A stretch of DNA of 34,767 nucleotides from Callorhinchus milii (lineage: Eukaryota): positions 1 to 34,767 of the forward strand of contig NW_024705554.1 of assembly GCF_018977255.1 (NCBI RefSeq), written 5' to 3'. This document shows, piece after piece, positions 1-9,378 of the stretch. The translations under genes and the position numbers were made by a program. Numbering within the stretch: position 1 is the first letter of the stretch; every line of letters starts with the position of its first letter. The notes below the pieces were generated by a model that was not told where the DNA came from, did no database searches, and saw only the letters and a program-made list of their open reading frames with translations.

Positions 1-300
1 CGGGGTTGCAAACAGTGAGGTCAGATCAGGATAAGTAGGTGCAGGCGGGGTGGCCTGGGTGACAACAGACAGAGAGATGCCAGCAATTAGGGAAAGAGGC
101 AGTGATTGGCTGGCTGCAAATGCAAATGCGGGGTAGGCGCCACAGAGGCGAGAGATAGAGGCTAGAGGTGATAAGAGGGAGAACACGTGCAAGAGACGCC
201 GGAAGGACGCCGGCTTAATGAGGGTCATCTGAGGGCACTTAATGAGGAGGGGGAAACTGATTGGTCCACACCAGAGACCTCTTTCTTTTAAGCCTCGTTC

Positions 301-407
301 CAAACGGTGTTAGACCAGAGGATGCACACCCCAAGCTCTCATTCCTCTGATAGTGCATTGTATTTGGGCTGTACGCCTTTTGGCATCCTCTGGTCTAACA
401 CCGTTTG
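301..407. repeat. Perfect 25-bp inverted repeat (hairpin) with 57-nt loop
   Basis: CAAACGGTGTTAGACCAGAGGATGC (301-325) is the exact reverse complement of 383-407; part of the arm (CTCTGGTCTAACAC) recurs near 3273-3286. Confidence 0.85.
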
Positions 408-420
408 ACACGATGCTCAA

Positions 421-614
421 AAAAGCTGTCTCTGGTGTGTGCCGATCAGTTTCAAGGACAATGCATATATTATCAGAGTATGTTTTTTGTTTGCATTCTG
501 ACCACAAGCATTGTGGTTAATGCAGACATGATTCCTTGTAAAAGGTTTCAGTTTGGTGTTTTAACATCTTTACACCTGTTTTGTTGCCAGAAAAAGGGGA
601 AAAACCTATTATTA
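421..614 (+). repeat. Dispersed repeat, diverged inverted copy of 2962-3151
   Basis: Colinear blocks (ATCAGTTTCAA.GACAATGCATATATT, TGTGGTTA.TGCAGAC.TGAT, TTGCCAGAAA..AAAACCTATTATTA) match the reverse complement of 2962-3151. Confidence 0.7.
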
Positions 615-659
615 GGATGCTGATCAATTTGCAGCATGTTCAAAATGTGGTTGCTTGGG

Positions 660-1315
660 TGTTAACCTGAACACCTACTTCACATCATATTACACCAGTG
701 TTGGCCTCCCTGCACTGGCTCCCAGTTTCATATACAATACAGTTTAAAATCCAATTGTTAACTGACAAAGCAGTGAACCATCTTGCCCCATACTCTTTGG
801 TTCTTTCGGTAAAGTCACTGATGGTGATTGCTTGTGTTGCAATCGAAACGTCGTGATTTGTTTTATTTTATTTCTAACTACGTGATTTTACCGAAAGAAC
901 CAAAGAGTATGGATTTCTGCAGTCACGAAAGCTTCAAATCATCTTGCCCAGCCTATATCATTGACATACTGCACCCATGTCCCCTCAAGATTCCTAATAG
1001 CTGGGGATGTAGATCTTGTCTGCATTCCCAGGTTGAGGTTTCGGTCTATGGGTGAACAAGCTTTTTCCTGTGTCGTCCCCAGGCTATGGAATGCTCTTCC
1101 ACGAGATATCAGGATCTCTGAGTATGTGGACATTTTTAAATGCGTCTTAAAACCTATTTATATGCTTCCGCTTATTGAACTTTTAGTCTATTTAGTAAAT
1201 GGATTATAATATAATTATTTTCATGCTGAGTGTCTGCGGCTGCTGTGTCCTATACAGTGCTTTGAGATCCTTAATGAAAAGCCCGAAACAATGAAATGAT
1301 TATATTGTTGTTGAT
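660..1315 (+). mobile_element. L2-clade LINE 3' end, interrupted by a Penelope-like insertion
   Basis: Translates as HITPVLASLHWLPVSYTIQFKIQLLTDKAVNHLAP (from 686) and, after the insertion, ...CIPRLRFRSMGEQAFSCVVPRLWNALPRDIR...FK, the typical L2/CR1 ORF2 C-terminus, followed by an L2-like tail (GTGCTTTGAGATCC...TGAAAAG...). Confidence 0.8.
788..936 (+). mobile_element. Penelope-like element pLTR fragment with 5' inversion and degenerate hammerhead motif
   Basis: 31-bp inverted repeat (788-818 vs 882-912, 1 mismatch); CTGATGG-T-GATTGC..GCAATC-GAAACGTC motif at ~815-856; ~14-bp duplication of the L2 target (AACCATCTTGCCC / AATCATCTTGCCC); homologous to 3740-3865. Confidence 0.7.
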
Positions 1316-1777
1316 GTTTATTGAAAGTAGGCCTGCAAATCTCATTGGGAAAGGAAAAGCAACAAATCCATATTGCTTCAATTAACTTAGCTCATTCCCC
1401 TGCAAATGAGTGTTAGTATATTTGAAATTTAAGTGGAATTTACCTTTTTACTTAGCCTATTCACATTTTACAGGTTTAAAAATGTATTGTACATTTTTTA
1501 TCAAATGTAAAAAAAATTATTGTTCTGAATTTTTTCAGGGCAATCAAGGTTGCCCTTGCAAACGAGGCAATGCTTCATGTGTCTCAATGGCTCTAGTCAT
1601 CTCCTGCTTAAATAAGGCTACAAGTATACAACATACATGCAGTATTTGCAAACTAACTACACATATTTACTACATACTTGGGTCATTTGTGTAAAAGAGC
1701 TTATGGCTGAACGTCCATTACCTTCATCAACAAATATAACCAATGAATAAATCAACCAAACATACATACGCACTCAC

Positions 1778-1894
1778 CACTCTCATGCCGGTCTGTGTAG
1801 ACATACACCTAGAACAGAAGGATCCAGTCCAGGATCCGGTCTGTGTTGTCGCATCCTGAGCTCCCATGTCTTTCTTTATACCCTTCTGCAGATC
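1778..1894 (-). CDS. CCDC157: CCDC157 coding exon 3
   Basis: cag|GAT acceptor and GTG|gtgagt donor, 117 nt phase 0-0; DLQKGIKKDMGAQDATTQTGSWTGSFCSRCMSTQTGMRV resembles the 'SQT...CxxCxxxQ..L..V' segment of vertebrate CCDC157. Confidence 0.65.
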
Positions 1895-2551
1895 CTGCAT
1901 TTACAGATGGTCATTTTACAAGAAGAGTTAACAACATATCATAAACGTGATAGAATCAATATAAAATTGTACATCCCTTTGTCTATCCATTGCTGGTGGT
2001 AAAGAATAATGTTGGCAGTGCCAGCCAAGTGCTCCTTAACTTAAGCCTGCATCCTCCCCTGGCCTTCCTTACTATGCCTTACCAAACAACTTCTGCTTCA
2101 AATTCATAGCCTGTCTATGGCATCTTCAGTTTTAGCACTTATCTACATATCCTTCATTTACTCGAATTCTGCTGCTGCCTCAACTACAACTGTATTAAAG
2201 CATTCCTGGAGTATCTCTGCTTCTAGCTCTGTCACACCTCAGAGACATTTAGCTTTGCTGTATTAAAGGAGCACAGGAAGGAAATCAGAGAGAAACTATC
2301 GCATGACGAAACTACTTATTGGTAGAAGCCAGCAGAGCAGATGGAAGATGCTAATAATAATAGGGATAACAAGAAGTTATTCTATATAGTTATTTGATCA
2401 TTTGGTAAGAAGTTGTCTAAGAATATAGGACAGGAACCAGTTATGAATGGAATTGGGGTAGAACGCTCTGTGAACGAGAGAATGGCAGTGGTATGGTAGG
2501 CATGGGGTTAGGGTTGATTTGATGACCCTGACCTATGTAATCCACCGTTAC

Positions 2552-2731
2552 CTGCTCGGGAGCTTCCTGACGGCCGTAGCTTGTGATCAGACGCTCCCAC
2601 AGCCAGCGAGCAGCCAGGCTAACGGACACAGAGGAGCCCTTGACGTCTCTGTCTGGGGGAGCGACCCCCCCCTCCACCATTCGGATGCTCCCGACACAAA
2701 CCTCTCCACTGTCAGTAGCAGCAGCACCAGC
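2552..2731 (-). CDS. CCDC157: CCDC157 coding exon 2 (1-nt frameshift in a G8 run)
   Basis: ttcag|G acceptor, CAG|gtaacg donor; (R)LVLLLLTVERFVSG...then, one base out of frame, SVSVSLAARWLWERL, matching CCDC157 'RLLLLLQ...MSVGLTVRRFWDSL'. 180 nt where 181 is needed. Confidence 0.7.
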
Positions 2732-2961
2732 CTGAAGATCATGTAACACCACCACCATCAAGCGTTAAACGAAGCTGTCTTGTGTCCTATCCTTTCAGCT
2801 CCAGCTCCTAGACACTGAACGGATGTTTTGCTTTCTACTTGACATTGCTGAGGATATGCAGGTGGCCAAGTCGACAATTGACCAAAGATGATAAGCCAGA
2901 ATCAGCGTGGTCTGGAGATGAGGGTTCTCATTTCCAGTTCAGTTATCACTCATCCACTGAT

Positions 2962-3151
2962 AATAATAGGTTTTGCCCTTTCTGGCAATAAGATAGGTGT
3001 TAGGATGTTCAAACGCCAAATAGAATAACTTTGCAAGGCATCAGGTCTGCAATAACCACACATACCTGTGGTAAAACTTCCAAACATGCTCGATTAGAAT
3101 ATATGCATTGTCTTTGAAACTGATTGGGCTACACCAAGGATAGCCTTCTTT
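2962..3151 (-). repeat. Dispersed repeat, diverged inverted copy of 421-614
   Basis: Reverse complement aligns with 421-614 over about 190 nt. Confidence 0.7.
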
Positions 3152-3442
3152 ACGGTCTTGTCTACTCTTATTTTGATACTGGCAAGAAAGGTCTCATAGA
3201 TATAAATGCTCAACCCGAGCTATAAATGTACTTATACTTGCGTTACCTTTGTATTGTTCACCTTTTGGTGGTCTCTGGTCTAACACTGGTGGGATCACTC
3301 TCTCTGTGAAGTTGCATTTAACACCAGAAAATAGATTTGACTAACAGTGTCAAATCTGGAGGGTGTATTACTCTTAGAAGAAAATGTTATCTGGAGTGGC
3401 GACCCTTACCCTAACACAACAGCCTCCACCCAATGTCCACAC

Positions 3443-3684
3443 CTGTCCACAATGAGCTCCAGTAGCAATGTGACCTCACGGGTGCCATCCTGATTTTGTT
3501 CCTCCAACTCCTGCTGTAGCAGCACGGGGAGGTCAAGGTGCCAAGCCGGGCGGTCAGGGTAGCGCCAAGACGGGCAGGCGTGGACACCGGTTCTTGACGC
3601 GACAGAGATGAGGAGGCCCTGCAGCTCTGTGAGATCACGACGCAGAGTAACGCAGCGCAGCTCTGTGCTGTCCATGTCAGTCAT
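3443..3684 (-). CDS. CCDC157: CCDC157 first coding exon
   Basis: MTDMDSTELRCVTLRRDLTELQGLLISVASRTGVHACPSWRYPDRPAWHLDL...LLELIVDR matches the recalled CCDC157 N-terminus (C..SLRTDLTDLQG.I..V.SR.G....PSWKFPDR.A..LD...LLELVIDR); donor AG|gtgtgg at 3443/3442. Confidence 0.85.
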
Positions 3685-3739
3685 GGCCGTTGGTGGCTGG
3701 GGTGGGGTTGGAACAAGGAGAGAGTAAAAGCCTCAACAT

Positions 3740-4200
3740 TGCAGAATGTATCTCTTGGTTCTTTCGGTAAAGTCACGTAGAATGGAAATAATAAAATAAT
3801 AAAAACATAATTAAATAATTCTCACGACGTTTCGGCCACAACGCAAGCAGCCGTCCTCAGGTGAAGACCAGGTCTGTCAGGGAGACAGCGTCTGAATGAA
3901 ACAACACCACGCTTGGAGCGTATATTTAAGCTGGGTTGGAAGGGGGCGCTTGACAAAAGAATTTGCATATCAAGAGGAATTTAGCATATTTATGGGAAAT
4001 GCAGGTATGTGATTAGTACTACTTGTGAAATGCGTAGGAGGTGGGCGGGGGGGTTTCAAAGTCATATTATGCCCGTGCATTATGCAGGATTAGCAGCATC
4101 AAAGGGAGTGGGTAGGGGTAGCATTAATAAAGGAAGGAATGTAATATGTAGCTGCAGTAACTAACCAACCACGTAAAAAACTACAGTATAAACTACATAG
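3740..4200 (-). mobile_element. Penelope-like element pLTR fragment (right boundary approximate)
   Basis: Shares TTGGTTCTTTCGGTAAAGTCAC terminus with 788-936; contains intact minimal hammerhead core and an upstream TATA-like TTAAATATA on the minus strand. Confidence 0.6.
3822..3864 (-). ncRNA. Minimal type I hammerhead ribozyme motif (Penelope type)
   Basis: Minus strand reads UCAC-CUGAGGA-C-GGCUGC-UUGCGUU-GUGGCC-GAAAC-GUC-GUGA: conserved core, stem II, palindromic mini stem III, UCAC/GUGA stem I. Confidence 0.75.
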
Positions 4201-4204
4201 TATC

Positions 4205-4842
4205 ATCAGTCGACTCTGTTTCCGCCTCCCTCCACTCAGAGCCTACATGGACGACATTACAACATTGACCACCACTGTCCCATGCACCAGGAGACTGCTC
4301 AGAAAACTCGAGAACATCAGCTGGGCCTGTATGAAGATTAAACCATCTAAGTCACGCAGCATCTCGATTGTGAAGGGAGTACTCTCTGACCTGAAATTCT
4401 TCATCGGAGATGACCAAATCCCAACAGTGTCTGAGCAGCCGGTAAAAAGCCTTGGAAGGTGGTATGATGCAAGCCTGAAGGACAAAGACCAGGTGCAACA
4501 GCTGCGCAAAGACATCAGTAGTAGCCTACAGTCCATCGACAACACCCAGCTACCTGGAAAGTTAAAGGCCTGGTGTCTGCAGTTTGGTCTCCTACCCCGG
4601 GTGTTGTGGCCCCTAGCAGTGTATGAGGTTCCAATCTCAACAGTGGAGAAGATGGAAAGAGGAGGCTGCAAGGTGGGCCAAGGCAGTCTCTCTTGCCAAA
4701 CAGGGACATTGGACTCGATGGGACAGTGTGGAGAAGAGGAAGATCAGCTGGAAGGATCTGTGGGCCATGGAAGCGAGGCGGTTGAGCTTTTCTATCAGAG
4801 CAACATATGACGTCCTTCCAACACCAGTTAATCTTCACCAAT
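4205..4842 (+). mobile_element. Internally deleted RLE-type (Hero-like) non-LTR retrotransposon RT fragment
   Basis: LPPLRAYMDDITTL...MKIKPSKSRSISIVKG...PVKSLGRWYD...LPGKLKAWCLQFGLLPRVLWPL, then a jump at ~4657 to QGHWTRWD...YDVLPTPVNLHQ; cut by the transposon TIR at 4843. Clade assignment from recalled motifs. Confidence 0.7.
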
Positions 4843-7800
4843 TAGGCCGTAAGGTGAACAAGGAAAAAGTGGCTAGAAAATCATTTTCGTTCCCACACCT
4901 GGGAACTACTTTTTAAATGAATTTTTTCATAGACAAAACCATTTTCGACTTTATGTTAAAAGTTCTCCACAAAATACCCTGCAGTTTTTTTTCAAAATCC
5001 ATAAATGTATATAATTGTGAATTGGAAAAAAACGAAAATCTTATGCTGCTGGTTTTGTTTGTAACTTTATTTATATACATTTTAGCAACACCAAATATCT
5101 CTCAAACTGACACTTATACATGTACCTAAACACTTGAGACAGGTTTTGGTGCATTATATACTCAAGTGTGAATGTAGACCATGAAATATGGCAAATTTGT
5201 AGAAAATATGCTTCAACTTCACAGATTGGCACTAAGCAAAATTAAACATAAACATTTTAAATTTAGCAAAACTGTGATGTTTTGTACATCAAAATTTTCA
5301 GTAGGTACTGTGTAATCACAGAAAGATACAAATATAAGCACACTTTGGCCCAAGTTGGCTGAAATGACTCCAAATGCTACAACGTCCCCTTGTTTTGGAA
5401 TGCTGCCAAAAAAATTACAATTCTACCACAGATTCTTTACAGCTCAAAATCACCTTAAATTATAAGACAGCGCATATTTACTCATCGGTATCATCCCTAT
5501 CACTATCAGAGCCATCATCCCATGTAGGTCTTCTGTTTCCTGTGAAACATTTGCACAATTTTGGCACCGACATAAATCAGTACAAGACAGTCTTGCAGAC
5601 ATACAGGAACATCTTCCAGTCTCACATTTGCTATGCTTGCAACTGCAGTGGACTGCCTGCAACACACTTTCAGGGGCAGGATTTCTAGTCATCCAGGTCA
5701 CTGTTAACTCACCATCCTCGAGGTGCCATCCATTGCCGACGGGTGAAGGGGCACACATTATACCTTTCAGAGAATGTCTCATTATGGCTGCTTGGTAGTT
5801 TGCCCTTTTGCAGTGTTGGTACAGGGCGTCACTTGTAAGGGGCATGGATAGTTCTGGAAAAGCTGACGATGCCATACAGAATGCTTTGTATCTTGCATCG
5901 TTCACATTTTCAGCAGATGACTGCCCATACAGGTGGCACACATGTGCAAAGTAGCTCAAGGGTAGACTGGTCTAGGTTAAAACTGCTACCCAGATTTGTA
6001 AAAGCAGTCAGATATTCCTCTTTCTCACAAGCAACAGAAAATGCCTTTCTTTTGCCTTTGCCATAAAAGGCACTTGTAGAGTCACAACCTGAGAAGGTAT
6101 GGATCCCAATAAGTGCCAAACAGACACTTGTGCCAAGAGCTGCCGACACCTGAGCTAAGTCAATGAGCCTTGTTTTGTTGCCAACCCCCGTGAAAAAATA
6201 CAACCTACATGGTAAATCTGGCTGCAGACTTAAAGCAATCACTGCCACATCAGTATCAGGGCTCTTGATGACTACAGTTTGATGTTCCTGTGCAGCATAT
6301 TGTGCATGTAAAAACACCCTGGTGTCACATTCCTCATGATCACATGTCAGATCTTCAACAGCACTGAGAGTATGTAAATCCTCCATTACAGTCACGCAGT
6401 GACACAGGTCTCCATGTGCTATGTACAAGCTTAAGTCCTTTCCCACAGTGGTAATATCAGCCTCTCGCCACACAACATAGAGGAATTCTGTCAGTGCTTC
6501 TTTGTTTGTTCCATCTGATATAAACTTTTTCCATTGTGTTGATGTCTTATGATCCCGTCCATAAATTTTCACCAGTTGTGTACCACCACCAGCTCTACGT
6601 GACCGTTCTAGGTTTTTAATACTCATTTTTGGATACTGGTCAATCACAAAGTCTATCCGTGTACAGTTTGTTTCAGAGAAAGTTTGACTATGTACTGCAG
6701 TATGGTCTCTGCAAGCTCTCCAAAGGTACTTGGTATTGACCAAATGGCTTGAATGACTGCCATGCCATCAAAGAAAATAGCTCCATTGATCACTCCATTT
6801 ATGGATCCTGGGGCAACAACTTTGGACTCAATGAGTATGTCTTGCAGTCCTGCATCTCCAAACCTTTTTCCTAGAATGCTCAGGTAGGACATGCATGTGT
6901 GAAATTCACCTCGTCTAATCACTTTACGCTGAGTAAAGTCATCATCTTTCCAGCAGATTTGCTGAGCTTTGGCATATATAGCTTTGTCAAAAACTAACAC
7001 TATATGGTCCAGTTCTAGCTGATTATGAATTTGGACACTTCGCTTCAGAATTGTGTTTACTGTTGACATCTCTGTCGGTGAAGCCTCAATGACTGGAAGA
7101 TAATACAGTGCTGACTTTTGCAGAGTGCCATCACTTTGAAGTAATGTATGTAAACCTGTCCAGCTTGGTATTGTGCATCTTTCAGCATCTATGGACTTTA
7201 CAAAAACATATGCCAGTTCAGCAGACACCGTGTTCAATTTGTATGTGTCCGCCTGTAATGGAACACTTTCCTGATGAAACAAGTTACGTGGTCCTTGTCT
7301 ATTAGACTGATGGTACTGTTCGACAGGGATGCTAGGGGGTACTTTCAATGAGGTTTTTCCCTTCTGTAGTGGTTGTCTGTTTGTTGTTGACACAGGTTCA
7401 ACTACAGAACTTTGCAGCATAATCCCATTTGTGTGGTGGGTAGTTCTACGACCTGACAGTGTCTCCTCCGCAAAGTCAATATTGTCCCACACAAGTACTG
7501 TAGGAACCTTCTTTGAGAATCCCTTTGGTATTTTGTCTCTGCCCTCTACTAGTTGAAGTTGGGCAAGGCTAGTGTCTAGACTGACAACTGTGTCCCATGC
7601 TGCACAATGTCCTAGTCTATTTAGAAGTGACACAAATTGTGATGAACCTGTTAAATGGCGAACCGTTAGACCAAGACACAATGATTTAGGGGTCTGCCTC
7701 CGACCCTTAGATGCAAGATACACAATGTATTGAGAGATACATATCACTTTTAGGTTCAAATCATCTGGAATATCAACATAATGGGCCAGTGTTGGTTCCT

Positions 7801-9378
7801 CAGTTGCACCAATAATCCAGGAAATCAGATTGTACAGTTCAATTGGAATGACAGATTTTGCCTCGCTCACATTTAGATCATCTGATGTGGGTGGCCACGG
7901 ACATTTCATACCGGGAGAGTCACACAGCAGCATCTTTAATATTAATGCCGCACTGTAAAGTGTCCTCATGTCCTCTGCAGTATTGATGGAGGCCATTGAA
8001 CTTGGTCTTTGTGGACCAGCTTTTGCACTAGCCCTGTTTTCACAGTCACTTTCGCTAGTTACCTCAGTTGACTCCGTTGTTTCTGTACCTGATGGATGAG
8101 GTAGCCTGTCTATCAGCTTATCTGCAGACAATGTCTCAACGAAAACCATCTCACTTATGTTGCGCTTCTTGGGGTAGTGAAACACCAGCTGGGGGAAATC
8201 ACGGGCCAACCTCCTACTTTTGAAATGTGAAAATGTGAGGGAATTATTAATTAATATTTATTAATATAAAATATTGCTAACTCACTGTTCTTCTGAGGTC
8301 ACAATAACTGATGCACTAGACTTTGTCAAGAACCTGGTGTACTGTCTATAACAGGCCTTGTGGTATCGCACCTCCAGAGACAGTCTTTGTCTCGAATATG
8401 CACAAGAATGCTAGTGTCTTCCTTCATCTCAGCAGCTTTCAGCAAATTGCCTGTAAATAAATAAATACTAATTAAACTAATAAAAAACTGTGTTAAGAGT
8501 TAAACAATATTGAGTTTTCTGGCTGTAGCTGTATGCAAAACAATGCAAATCTGTCTCTGACTGTAAAATAAACATTACATAAATTATGTAATTGTAATTG
8601 AAAGTTATCCATGGTACCCAGCTTAAGGGAATAAAAGTTCAAATGTGTGTGTTTGTGTGTGTTTTGTTTTTACCTACGTGCTGACGTTTCTGCCTGTGAA
8701 AGATGGTCCTTCTGGCGTTTGCCTCCCACAGTAATGTACTTGTCCGTTTTCTTACAAATTATGCACAAGGCAGAAAGCACAGGACCAGCACAAGCTACTG
8801 GCAGGCCGGTCCTGGACCTAAGTTTTTTTGCGGGACATTGTCAAACTCGATTTCTCGACAATGTTTGTATGTTTCTGCTATTCTCCGATTCTCACCTTGC
8901 AAAAAAAGCCACCGTTTGATGCAGTTTATGAATGTATCCCACCGTGTGCGTGTAAAATCCTTTGTTTCTTCTTTCTTTATGGACATGAGATGTATGTAGC
9001 ATTGTTTAAAATACTTTTTACAGACTTTTGAAGGAGGTCTGGCCGTAATTTCCTCCTCTTCACTACTCGATATTGACAACAAGGGCGCAGACATCTTGGA
9101 CTAATGTTTACCTCTCGTCCCAAAAAAGCAGCCACCTTATTGGTCTAGCGGGAAGCACGTGACGCAAAGCCTAATCACTGACGATTAAAATATGATTACG
9201 CGAGGAAAGAAATATTGCCGACTTTAAACAATAATAAAAAATAAACTGCAGGATTAGACATGGAGAACTTTTATTTTCACGGCCAAAAGCAATAGATCTT
9301 TTTATTAGAATGAAAAGAATGTAGTGCCCCATATATGGGAACGGGATTAAACGTAAAACGTCTTCACCTTACGGCCTA
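4843..9378 (-). mobile_element. AcademX-type DNA transposon, decayed and internally deleted
   Basis: TIRs TAGGCCGTAAGGTGAA (4843-4858) / TTCACCTTACGGCCTA (9363-9378) with 5'-TAG ends and imperfect subterminal similarity (CGTTCCCA...GG..ACTAC); encodes transposase + XPG/FEN-like nuclease + Cys-rich CXC finger, the Academ architecture. Confidence 0.85.
5530..9094 (-). pseudogene. Academ transposase-XPG-CXC gene, frameshifted, with introns
   Basis: Motifs VWDNIDF.EET..G..TTH.TNGI, VFDKAIYAKA, GEFH (6780-8209); FDGMAV, HEECDTRVFLHA, SPDTDV, H.FSGCDSTSAFYGKGK (5910-6780); CSC....C...RCSC......CTDLCRC..C.N (to ~5550). Frameshifts near 6680 and 5950; intron 8673-8451; deletion junction GVING/AIFFDG at ~6780. 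Confidence 0.8.

Noticed and set aside
1540..1606. Possible CCDC157 exon 4 on the minus strand
   Set aside because: Acceptor-like site exists but the phase-0 frame stops after 19 codons and shows no recognisable homology.
5450..5959. Host tesmin/KIF4-like CXC gene
   Set aside because: The CXC finger follows the XPG-like domain inside Academ TIRs; it is the transposon protein C-terminus.
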